Source of the DNA: a virus
IMG/VR virus record: IMGVR_UViG_3300003322_001075
Span: 6,552 to 70,551 of that record
Strand: one strand, 5' to 3'
DNA: 64,000 bases
The notes below the pieces were generated by a model. The model did no database searches. It saw only the letters and a program-made list of their open reading frames with translations, and had not been told where the DNA came from. Within the stretch, counting starts at the first letter, position 1. The number at the start of each line of letters is the position of its first letter. Shown here piece by piece: positions 1 through 9,191 of the stretch. Position numbers and translations under genes: made by a program.

Positions 1-225
1 GCTCCGTTTTTGAATCGTATGGTGGTACATCCTTTATGATTCGACTGGTTATAGGCCTAAACTTCGTTTATCAGGAACCTGTATTTTGACCAGTTCCCTT
101 GTTCATCGTGCTGTGCTACAGTCATATTGTACCAGACATCGTCATCAATTTCATGAGGCTGGAAGAGTGCCAGGCAGCGTATCCATCCGTTAACTACTTC
201 AAACTTTGGTTCTTTATTCATAATC

Positions 226-522
226 TTATACAGATAATCCTTTAGCCATAGATTTAAATTCCGGAGCCGCCTTAAACTTCACTACCTTGCATGCTGGTAC
301 ATGGAGCGGGGTATTTGCGGTAATATTCCTGCCGGATTTAGCCGCCCTGGTAATAACCCTGAAGGTTCCAAATCCCCGGATGCTGGTATTTTCTCCTTTG
401 CTGGCAGCTTCTTTTATAGCTTCTGTAGCTGCATTGATAATGGACATGATATCTTTTCTGTTTTCCAGATACCCTTTGCCAGTCTTATGGCAAATCGCTC
501 TTACTAATTCCTGTTTTGTCAT
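226..522 (-). CDS. hup: HU/IHF-family DNA-binding protein
   Basis: MTKQELV start, IRGFGTF, R..GRN..T and VPA.KVVKFKAA motifs of HU; start reassigned to ATG at 522. Confidence 0.92.
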   Translation of the reverse strand: MTKQELVRAICHKTGKGYLENRKDIMSIINAATEAIKEAASKGENTSIRGFGTFRVITRAAKSGRNITANTPLHVPACKVVKFKAAPEFKSMAKGLSV

Positions 523-671
523 GATCAGTTTTTTATGTTTTATCAATTGATAATCATTACAAATGTATGAATTATCATTATAATTCAAAAGAAATCATCT
601 ATTTATAATATTTTTTTCATTTTTACATATCAAAAATTTGTTTTTAACGTATCTTTTTGTAATTTTGACCC

Positions 672-938
672 ATGAAAGAAGAAATTGACATTATAGCCAC
701 GCCCGAAAAGTTTGAGCGCTTAGGCAGAGAAATTAAAATTAGTCCCAAATCAGTGATCAATGTAAATGCTCCAGGACTAAAAATCCAGTTCTATTGTAAA
801 ACAGCTGAAATCCTTATCAGCATAGGTAAGGAACATACAGCCCGTCTTATTATGGATGAGGACGCTTTGCGGGCATTGAGAGCTGGAGAGGGAATTGACA
901 TTACAACTGCCAAAGAATTCAGAAATTCAATCAAATAA
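672..938 (+). CDS. hypothetical protein
   Basis: 88-aa ORF; TAATTTTG promoter element (660-667) 4 nt upstream of the ATG. Confidence 0.7.
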   Translation: MKEEIDIIATPEKFERLGREIKISPKSVINVNAPGLKIQFYCKTAEILISIGKEHTARLIMDEDALRALRAGEGIDITTAKEFRNSIK

Positions 939-948
939 ACACATAACT

Positions 949-1617
949 ATGAAATATGTCGAATATACTCGTGTAAGCACAGATGGTCAAGGTCGAACCG
1001 GATTAGGTTTGAATAGTCAATCCATTGCAAATAAAAAATATGTAATGGATCAAAAAGGAATATTATTAAGAAGCTTTATTGAAATAGAGAGCGGAACCTC
1101 TAAAAAATTAAAGCTAAATATTGATAAACCAATGACTATTGATGATATTTTTGCCCAAAGGCCTCAGCTTGTCGAAGCCGTTAGATATTGTCAGAAAGAA
1201 AAGGCAGTCTTGGTAGTGTTTGATATTGACAGGTTGGGCCGTTCAGAATTTCTGATTTCATATTTGGCTCAATGTGGGATACAATTTGTATGTTCCGCAT
1301 ATCCTCAAGATCCCCCTATGATCCTTTCGATTCGTGCTGCTATGGCGGCAGAAGAAGCTCGAAAAATCAGCGTAAATACCAAAAAGGCATTGGCAAGATT
1401 GAAAGAAAGTGGCAAAAAGCTCGGAAATCCATATACAAAAGCTAAAGATCAAACAGGTAACACTAGGAATCAAAGTGTGGCTGGCTATGTAAAATTATTG
1501 CGATCCCAGGGATTATCTATTGAATCCATAGCGCAAAAGCTCAACAAAGAGGAATTTACCACAACAACAGGCAAATCCTTTCAAAAAGGAACAATTCACT
1601 ATTTATTAAACCATTAA
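949..1617 (+). CDS. small serine recombinase (resolvase/invertase family)
   Basis: YTRVST catalytic Ser motif, IESG, DRLGR, E..KIS.NTK.AL...K..GKKLGNP, C-terminal HTH-like segment; start reassigned to ATG at 949. Confidence 0.92.
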   Translation: MKYVEYTRVSTDGQGRTGLGLNSQSIANKKYVMDQKGILLRSFIEIESGTSKKLKLNIDKPMTIDDIFAQRPQLVEAVRYCQKEKAVLVVFDIDRLGRSEFLISYLAQCGIQFVCSAYPQDPPMILSIRAAMAAEEARKISVNTKKALARLKESGKKLGNPYTKAKDQTGNTRNQSVAGYVKLLRSQGLSIESIAQKLNKEEFTTTTGKSFQKGTIHYLLNH

Positions 1618-1628
1618 TCACAAAAAGT

Positions 1629-2033
1629 ATGAAAAACATGTTATTGATCATTTTTGCTATCTCAATGATAGCCTGCAAAAAAGAAACTCCGGCAGAAATT
1701 GAAGCCCCTATTGTAAATTATTTAAAGGGAACCAAATGGCTCATGCTTAATAAGCGGGATAGCTTCGAGTTCACCGAAGATTCTCTATATATCTATCAGG
1801 ATATGAGTGATGTGAATAAAGGGAACGCTATCCGGGGATATGGGTATAAATTTATTGATAGAGATAAGATTGACCTGGAAGAACATTATCTGAAATATCA
1901 TGATACGATCCAGGATAACAGAAATCAAAATGCCTTCTACCCATATATTTATTTTATCAGGATAGAAGGCACGGATTTATATCAGGCTATTAATCCTGAT
2001 GCTTATTCGTTCTGGGGTAGTCCTATTAACTAA
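1629..2033 (+). CDS. putative lipoprotein
   Basis: Signal peptide ending in a lipobox-like IAC followed by KKE. Confidence 0.65.
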   Translation: MKNMLLIIFAISMIACKKETPAEIEAPIVNYLKGTKWLMLNKRDSFEFTEDSLYIYQDMSDVNKGNAIRGYGYKFIDRDKIDLEEHYLKYHDTIQDNRNQNAFYPYIYFIRIEGTDLYQAINPDAYSFWGSPIN

Positions 2034-2466
2034 ACAGGTATTCAACAATGAACTCGTATTGATGCCAAGGAATATCCTTTAACTTAAGGGTTTTATCGAT
2101 ATTTTCTTTGTTTGGGATGATTAAGTCAACATCGTATTCTTTTTCATCCCATTCTTTATGGAGCGCCTTTAGCTTTTCATTTGCCTCGGCATCTTTGGCT
2201 CCAAAATCGTAAACCTGAATAGGTTTTCCTTGTGCATCGAAACCGGGTTTTGTTTTGTAGCGTTCAGTTCCATCTTCTGCTGGTTCTTTAATGCCATAAA
2301 GTTCAATAACTGCACTTCTTTCCAGGTAAAATTGTTCAAGTTCAGGATCAAAAATGCGTTTGGTTCTAATCTTGTTTCGTGCAATTTCAATGCTGCACGT
2401 AGTGGAATGGTTGAACGCTTGGAGTTGGGAGCTTAAAGCCCCCAGTTCATTAAACTTAATCTTCAT
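2026..2466 (-). CDS. hypothetical phage protein
   Basis: 146-aa ORF directly downstream of the stabilisation gene. Confidence 0.6.
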   Translation of the reverse strand: MKIKFNELGALSSQLQAFNHSTTCSIEIARNKIRTKRIFDPELEQFYLERSAVIELYGIKEPAEDGTERYKTKPGFDAQGKPIQVYDFGAKDAEANEKLKALHKEWDEKEYDVDLIIPNKENIDKTLKLKDIPWHQYEFIVEYLFS

Positions 2467-2478
2467 AATTCTTAATAG

Positions 2479-5400
2479 TTATCTAAATGGAGTTCTTTCT
2501 CTGAATACAAAAGTAGTAATAATATTCGTAATGCGAATAAAGGCTGTTGAAATGATTTTAATTTCACCCCAGCTTGCTATAAGTGGCTTATCATCGCCAT
2601 CATTTCTAACGGCAAAAGCCAAGTTTGGCCCTCTGAGCTCCATTTGGTCCCCGGTAATAGTAGATAATTGTGTTGGGGTTGTTACTGTTACAATAGGATT
2701 ATTCTGATTGTCTTCTCCAACGTTGAGGGTGCAGGCCTTTATTTTTTTACGTTGAGGACTCCTTTCGTTAGCGATAACTGCCAACCTGAATTGACCTTGT
2801 TTGAAATCTCCATCCTGATCAAAATATTGAAGGTAGGTGTCTCCGGTATCCATCTCGTATACTACATTATAATTCGGACGCGGATTAGGGCATAAAAGAA
2901 ATGACATGTATTCAAAATACCTGCGCGGAAGTAATTCGTGTGTGGTTGTGAAGCATTTCCATTTCTCCGAATAAATGAGTGTCCAGTAGTTATAATACCT
3001 CGTGTCAGTAGGTTGTATATATTCCCAGGCATCACTTGAAAAAGGAACTAATCCTGTATTTGGTGTTACACATACATATAGGTTCGGAAGAAATTCAAAG
3101 GTATTTTGCTCCCCCTCTACCTGATAATTAACTACAGTTCCTGCTTCATAAGGAGTTTCTGAATCCCAGTTACCCACTGATTTATTGATGGCTCTAGCTG
3201 TAATATACCATTTGCCAAGTTGTATGTTATAGCCTATGATAATATCAAAATCCTGTGAAATAAGTCCGGTATTGTTAATAAACCAACTCCTGGTATTAGC
3301 GTCTTCAGATATACATCTAACGCCATCATACGGAGTAAATTTCATCATTTTCTGATATGTATCACTATACCAGCCCAGAATGTCATTACCATTTTCATTC
3401 TTTGAAATATGTATAGCGGTACGAATAGAGGCACCGAATATGGATTTCTTTTCTTCCCTTTGCGCATAAACACCTCCAGATCCAACATACAAAGAACTTG
3501 AATTCTCTGAAGATAATCCTACATCAGCCTGGTAAGGAAGCAATGAAACGGCATTTGGCTGAATGGCAATCATGGAATCATTCACATCGCATAATGCTAC
3601 AATATCTCCATTTTTTGCGTCAAGATCCTTAAATGATAATGGATCAATTTGCCGATAAAAATCATACACGCTTCCTGTAGGCTTTTCCAGAGAATACCAT
3701 ATCCTGGAGCCAAATTTTGAATTGACAATCTGATCCGGATTGTAGGGCGCCTGCTGGCTTATAGTATCAACAGAAGCATATGCCAGATCTCTATTAAATT
3801 GCTCTTGTGCATTGTCATTAGATGCTATCGGAGGAAATAAATACCGGAGAACTGTACCGGCTCCAGATAAATTGTATGTTTCAAGAGGCTGTGTAAAGTC
3901 TGTGTAGAATAATTGAGTATTAACACGATTTTGTGCATAATATGTTATGAATGAATAACTTAATGCACTGGTATTTTCTCGTGATTGTTGGCCATAGCAC
4001 AGTCTTCTTATAGTTTTTTGGGTATATGTATCCCCGCCAAATAATTCAACCCCACTAAGCAGATCGGGAGTTGAGTCATTTATTTCAATGAAGCATCCGG
4101 TAGGAACACATTTGATATTCTCCTTATCTACAGCCGAATCTAGTTCATATTGAGCAATAAAAAGCCCATTATCAGAAGCTGCCGATGCAGGATTTTCTGT
4201 ATTAACCGGACTATCTGTTTGTAAGGCTAATACTTCACATGATAAACCGCCAGGTACAGACATATTGTAATGAGTACTCGGAGCATAAGGAGACGGCTGA
4301 GAAAATGGGGTGTTATAAGCGGTATTAAAATCGCAATATTGCCCGTCAATGGCGTTATAGAAAGAAAAACCACTGGAATATTTGTAACCCTTATATTGGG
4401 CAAAATTTCCTATAGCAGTTCTTTGATTTCCAGCAGAATCATTGACAGAATATGTTTTCTGTGAAAACCCCTCTAAAGAAGGTGTCCCATGAATTACCAA
4501 TGTGCCTCCTGAAAATTGTGTTTTATTAGTCTGAATATCCGGAGATAGAAGCATCCCTAAGCGTCTGCTTACGTTCCCATTGGCAATAATTGTTCCGTAG
4601 GTTCCATTTGTCACTGGTATGCCCGAATAATATCCACAGGTATATACCCCCTTTGCTAATTGGTCCGCTGGCATATAAACTCCGCTTCCAAGTACTGCTG
4701 GTGCAGCAAGCCCTCTCCAAACACTAATCCCCTTAACTCCCATGCTCTTTAGTGTTGCAATAGGGAGGTTATTCAATACTGCATAATAAGCGTAAACCTT
4801 AATATCGTTGAAATTGTTATCATTCGTAAATAAATCATTGGGGAATGAAGTTTGAGTGCAAATCAAGTTAAATGCCCATACGGGTTTAGATATTGAGTCA
4901 TCCTGCATATGGAATCTGAAATACATAGGATAACGGTCACGATACATATACCCTGTATATTTTGCTACATTTTCAGGTAATTGATATTCTCCAGGTCTGG
5001 TATCCTGAAAATCGGTAATGACATTGGTATCGACATAAGAAGCATTGAAATAAGATAGCGTTCCCATGCGTATACCTCCGCTGTTCAAATCATCACCATA
5101 TAGCCTCATAGTTATGGTAAAAACTTCAGAAGTATTACAGGTCCATGAGTTATTCCCAAACAATTCCATTGAGGTCATGTATGCCTGCAAATTACCTCCC
5201 GGACCCATATTAAGATCTGTTTTGGTTCCAGTAGCAATAGCTACACCATTTCTGGATAAGGTAACATCAGCTCTGCTACATGTCGATGGATCAATTGTAG
5301 ACGCATATACTAGTTCAATTGAAAAATCAAGAATAACATTTGTAATTCCGGCAGTATTGATCGTGTATTCTCCTGTTACAGTATTATATTCATTGTGAAG

Positions 5401-6993
5401 ATCCAGCGTTTCCTGGGTATAAACGATAGTATTATTTACGCCAAACTGGGGAAGGGATGCCAATGCAACATTGGGTTGACGGGCTTGAACTACTGTTGTA
5501 AGTCCAGGTAAATTGATTCTCCCAACTGACTGAAGTTCTTTCCTTTGAATACTATAATATGTTTCTGCAAAATCAGTACGCCATGATTCCAAAACGGATA
5601 CAAAGTCAGGATTAGTTGTAGCTATAGTGTTATTTGCTAAATTTAACCTGTTTTTCTTAATCTCCATATCCCCGCATTTTAATATGACCTCACTCACATC
5701 AATGAGTTGTGCCGAATCAATTGATTGGATAGAAGACTCGTTACCATAATGTGTAATGGTCATGGTATCGCCTGTAAGGTTATATTTCCCTATTATGAAT
5801 GCTGATTCTGTCCCATTAGCATTATAGACATAAGCAAGTTCAACATAATTGAATATCTCAGCTTGACACCCTTCAACCAAAACCACGTTAGCTTTTGTAG
5901 TTGGTTCTCCAGATACATCTCCTTGTATTTTAATGTACGCAGATGGAGCATCAATGGATGTTTTAAAAACAGGGATATTCTGAGATAAATAACTGAATGG
6001 AGTGACGTTTTGTGTACCTTTAAATCCAAATCTTACTGCGTAACGATAACCTCCGGAAACTAGAGACCCACCACCTTGCAATTGGTTGCTGTATTCAACC
6101 CGCCCTATCCCATTATAGAGTTGCAGGTTTGTGGTTTTATCCAATGACGAAAGTGTGTAATACCCTCCTATTCCTTCATTATAATTGGAAGGAGTATATT
6201 TCAGCGCACAATCTTCAAAATATTCTTTTGGAAAATAAAGAACCTTAGGCTTTGATTCACGGTTGGTCCAGTATGCTCCATAGTAATCATTTGCTTGATT
6301 CTCAAGTTTTATCCTAAAAAATTGATCATCGCTAAATCCAAATCGATTTGTTCTGATTATGCGTGTATATTCATAAGTTCCATTTACTTTTTTTACCATT
6401 CCTATCTCATCAACCTGGGCAGATACACCACAGGAAAATACAATATCAACATCCTGAATATTGTTTTCGAAAAGAGGCAGGAGTGCTGTATCTTCTGTTA
6501 CCGCATCTTGGATAGTGTATGTTGTAAATGGAGTCGAATTGAATGAATAACCGAGCCGATATTTAAGTGGAGTCGAATTGAGTGTGTTATACAAAGTAAA
6601 TGTGTAAAAATCACCTTGTAGTGCTCCTACCGTTACAGTATATCCATATAAGGCAAAAAGGAATGAGATTCCGGATAAGGCCGCAAAATTAGCAACAGGA
6701 ATAATAATTGGCGCCCCTATGATAGAAGTTCCTGATTCATTATATACGTCAAAAGAGTAGGTTCCTGGGCCAAAATATTCTAATCGTTGAATCTGATACG
6801 ATTTCTCGGCAATAGGTATAGTATACCCATATTTTGTGCTTTTGAAGGGCTCTACAGAGAGTTTTTTATTGCTTTCTATTGTCGAATATTCGACATCATT
6901 AGCCAGCGTTGTTCTATTATTTTTAACCAGGTTTTTATCAGTATCTAAATCAAGTCCGCCTGTAAAATTATTAATCTGGTTACTAGTTGCCAT
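2479..6993 (-). CDS. tail stabilisation / muzzle-like virion protein
   Basis: 1504 aa; N-terminal NNFTGGLDLD and C-terminal beta-rich region (RIWYS, FKDLD, GDIVAL) resembling crAss-like/P22 gp10-type stabilisation proteins. Confidence 0.7.
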   Translation of the reverse strand: MATSNQINNFTGGLDLDTDKNLVKNNRTTLANDVEYSTIESNKKLSVEPFKSTKYGYTIPIAEKSYQIQRLEYFGPGTYSFDVYNESGTSIIGAPIIIPVANFAALSGISFLFALYGYTVTVGALQGDFYTFTLYNTLNSTPLKYRLGYSFNSTPFTTYTIQDAVTEDTALLPLFENNIQDVDIVFSCGVSAQVDEIGMVKKVNGTYEYTRIIRTNRFGFSDDQFFRIKLENQANDYYGAYWTNRESKPKVLYFPKEYFEDCALKYTPSNYNEGIGGYYTLSSLDKTTNLQLYNGIGRVEYSNQLQGGGSLVSGGYRYAVRFGFKGTQNVTPFSYLSQNIPVFKTSIDAPSAYIKIQGDVSGEPTTKANVVLVEGCQAEIFNYVELAYVYNANGTESAFIIGKYNLTGDTMTITHYGNESSIQSIDSAQLIDVSEVILKCGDMEIKKNRLNLANNTIATTNPDFVSVLESWRTDFAETYYSIQRKELQSVGRINLPGLTTVVQARQPNVALASLPQFGVNNTIVYTQETLDLHNEYNTVTGEYTINTAGITNVILDFSIELVYASTIDPSTCSRADVTLSRNGVAIATGTKTDLNMGPGGNLQAYMTSMELFGNNSWTCNTSEVFTITMRLYGDDLNSGGIRMGTLSYFNASYVDTNVITDFQDTRPGEYQLPENVAKYTGYMYRDRYPMYFRFHMQDDSISKPVWAFNLICTQTSFPNDLFTNDNNFNDIKVYAYYAVLNNLPIATLKSMGVKGISVWRGLAAPAVLGSGVYMPADQLAKGVYTCGYYSGIPVTNGTYGTIIANGNVSRRLGMLLSPDIQTNKTQFSGGTLVIHGTPSLEGFSQKTYSVNDSAGNQRTAIGNFAQYKGYKYSSGFSFYNAIDGQYCDFNTAYNTPFSQPSPYAPSTHYNMSVPGGLSCEVLALQTDSPVNTENPASAASDNGLFIAQYELDSAVDKENIKCVPTGCFIEINDSTPDLLSGVELFGGDTYTQKTIRRLCYGQQSRENTSALSYSFITYYAQNRVNTQLFYTDFTQPLETYNLSGAGTVLRYLFPPIASNDNAQEQFNRDLAYASVDTISQQAPYNPDQIVNSKFGSRIWYSLEKPTGSVYDFYRQIDPLSFKDLDAKNGDIVALCDVNDSMIAIQPNAVSLLPYQADVGLSSENSSSLYVGSGGVYAQREEKKSIFGASIRTAIHISKNENGNDILGWYSDTYQKMMKFTPYDGVRCISEDANTRSWFINNTGLISQDFDIIIGYNIQLGKWYITARAINKSVGNWDSETPYEAGTVVNYQVEGEQNTFEFLPNLYVCVTPNTGLVPFSSDAWEYIQPTDTRYYNYWTLIYSEKWKCFTTTHELLPRRYFEYMSFLLCPNPRPNYNVVYEMDTGDTYLQYFDQDGDFKQGQFRLAVIANERSPQRKKIKACTLNVGEDNQNNPIVTVTTPTQLSTITGDQMELRGPNLAFAVRNDGDDKPLIASWGEIKIISTAFIRITNIITTFVFRERTPFR

Positions 6994-7009
6994 TATGTAT
7001 TTGTTTGCT

Positions 7010-7030
7010 CAAAAATAATCCCTAATTTTG
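7010..7030. promoter_or_regulatory. back-to-back divergent Bacteroidota promoters
   Basis: TATTTTTG on - (7010-7017) and TAATTTTG on + (7023-7030) match the TAnnTTTG -7 element. Confidence 0.6.
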
Positions 7031-7049
7031 AATAAACAAAAAAGATAGA

Positions 7050-7829
7050 ATGGCACTTCAGTATATAGCCCCGGCAGTAGGATTGGGCATGAATATATAT
7101 AATGCTATACAGGCCAATAAAGACCGTAAAACAGCACAAGATAGGCTTAACGAGCTGTCAAGTCAGCCATGGGAACGTTATACCGTAAATCCGGCCATAT
7201 CCCGTTATTATCAAACAGCTTCGAATATGGCTGCCAATCCTTATGGCTTCACATCGGCAGAGCGCAACAATTTCAATCAGAATCTGAATAGGACACTTGC
7301 AGGACAAAGATATTTAGCTACAAATATGACTGGCGGGAATCTGAGCAAAGCTATTAATTTTCTTGATGTTAATTCAAGAATAGGCGCACTCAATGATTTC
7401 GCTTCCAGAGACGCATCTCTCAGAAGATCTTTTCAAAACGAAGCTTTGGGAAGACAATTCCAAGGCGCAAGCGCTATGCAAAGTATTGATAATATGAACA
7501 CCCAGACTCAATTGGCCAGACGTATGCAGGCATTGCAAGCATATGGAGCAGCAGTGCAGTCTAATAAGGATTTTGTTCGTAATACTATAGGAGGAATAGG
7601 TAGGGATCTTATATCGGGTGGTATTGGATATTTTGGGAATAATGCTTCAGATGGAACGATACCTATGGCTGGGGCCAGAAATTATTTTTACAATATGTTT
7701 AATAACCCAGAGTCCAGCTCTTACAGTGTTCAACCTGAAGCCTACGGGTACAATGCCAATTCTTCTTTAGCTAATCCTTCCTTTAATATTCCGTATACCA
7801 GAACGCCTGTAATTCCCAGAGTAAGATAA
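7050..7829 (+). CDS. putative internal virion / ejection protein
   Basis: Ala/Gly/Gln/Asn-rich with hydrophobic Gly-rich N-terminus typical of podovirus ejection proteins. Confidence 0.5.
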   Translation: MALQYIAPAVGLGMNIYNAIQANKDRKTAQDRLNELSSQPWERYTVNPAISRYYQTASNMAANPYGFTSAERNNFNQNLNRTLAGQRYLATNMTGGNLSKAINFLDVNSRIGALNDFASRDASLRRSFQNEALGRQFQGASAMQSIDNMNTQTQLARRMQALQAYGAAVQSNKDFVRNTIGGIGRDLISGGIGYFGNNASDGTIPMAGARNYFYNMFNNPESSSYSVQPEAYGYNANSSLANPSFNIPYTRTPVIPRVR

Positions 7830-8683
7830 TGGAAGCATCTTTTTTTGCATCGTATCAATTGCCGAGTCTATCGCAAGTAAGGATTTATGATAATTCTGTT
7901 TTTGACGATCTCACGCCATATGATATTAACGCCACAAGGCTGTTGTTTTCAACTGTAAATTCTCGCAATAATGCCAATACACAAGTTACTGAAATTATAG
8001 CCTTTAAGGAATATATTGTGACTTTTGGTGTTATCTTTGTTAATGGGCGGACATTTGTTACAGGAGATACTATTTATATGGCCAATAATGCTTCAATATC
8101 AAGCCGTAGCTCTAATTACAAAGTGGCTGAAACTGGTTTTTATGGAATACGATCAACCTACTTGCCTACAGAGTCTTATGTATCTTATACTCCAGGCCAA
8201 ATGCTGTATGGAGAGAACGGCCTATATTTTACTGATAATGTGGTTACATTAAAATACGAATTATATTCAACAAAATATAGTGCAGGGGTTGTATCAGTTT
8301 CGGAAGAAACCCAGTTTATAGTGACAGGAAATCAGGGTAATTCAATAACAATATCTGGTCAAACTTTTTACGTAGGCGAAGTATTTAAAAAGACAGCTAA
8401 TTTTACATTTTCTAATGCTTCGGGAACAAATTATGTAGTTAAATTTGAGGCTTCTACAGAAAAAAACTTCAGGACTTGGTATTATAATTGGATATTATGG
8501 AGTAATTACTTCAATACCATAAGCACAAGCTACCAGGTATCTCAGAGCTTCCTTGCAGATTTCCTAGCTGTGACTGCAAGAATTAATCAGTGTGATCTTT
8601 ATGATTATCAGAATTTCAATACTTCGCTGCAATCAGTACAAGATCTGATGAATGATGTGAATTCCAACTATCAGATCAAATGA
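7829..8683 (+). CDS. virion structural protein (paralogue of 13514-14389)
   Basis: Beta-rich; shares I.A.RLL, G.TF..GD, ETG.Y, YE.Y and Y..GEVF motifs with 13514-14389. Confidence 0.55.
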   Translation: MEASFFASYQLPSLSQVRIYDNSVFDDLTPYDINATRLLFSTVNSRNNANTQVTEIIAFKEYIVTFGVIFVNGRTFVTGDTIYMANNASISSRSSNYKVAETGFYGIRSTYLPTESYVSYTPGQMLYGENGLYFTDNVVTLKYELYSTKYSAGVVSVSEETQFIVTGNQGNSITISGQTFYVGEVFKKTANFTFSNASGTNYVVKFEASTEKNFRTWYYNWILWSNYFNTISTSYQVSQSFLADFLAVTARINQCDLYDYQNFNTSLQSVQDLMNDVNSNYQIK

Positions 8684-8901
8684 GAACACCGGCACAATAC
8701 GAGTTTACATATAATCAAATGGCTGATAAATATCTCGCCAATACTGATATATATGTTGATAATGTGCAAAATGGAAATTATTTGCAAAATGGCGGGGTTA
8801 TTACTTTATTGTTCAGTTACGCACAGTATTCCATAAATACTAACATTACTCAATCGAAAACCAGTGAACATGTACTGGATAAAATTATAATACTAATATG
8901 A
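8680..8901 (+). CDS. small structural/hypothetical protein
   Basis: ATGA overlaps with both neighbours. Confidence 0.55.
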   Translation: MRTPAQYEFTYNQMADKYLANTDIYVDNVQNGNYLQNGGVITLLFSYAQYSINTNITQSKTSEHVLDKIIILI

Positions 8902-9191
8902 CAGCGTTAGCATCTTTACAATCAGTTTTCAATTCGGCTCAATTAGACGTATTGGAACAGTGGATTAATAATAGAATGTCCATTAAAATTCCTTTTGGCA
9001 ATGCAACAATGGACAACGGCATTGTTGAAGTTGCATTCGAAGATATAACAGATGATAGTGTTGTCATATTGACTTCTCAGTTCGCCCTTATAGGGTCACT
9101 TTTTTATACCATAACACCAGGAATTGGATTCACTATAAATTCTACTGATAGTGGTGATTCCGGTGTGATTTCATATATTATACATTTGTAG
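8898..9191 (+). CDS. short fibre-tip-like protein
   Basis: G.ATM..G.VEV...T.DSVVILT...GFTINST..D...ISYII resembles C-terminal domains of phage fibres. Confidence 0.45.
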   Translation: MTALASLQSVFNSAQLDVLEQWINNRMSIKIPFGNATMDNGIVEVAFEDITDDSVVILTSQFALIGSLFYTITPGIGFTINSTDSGDSGVISYIIHL

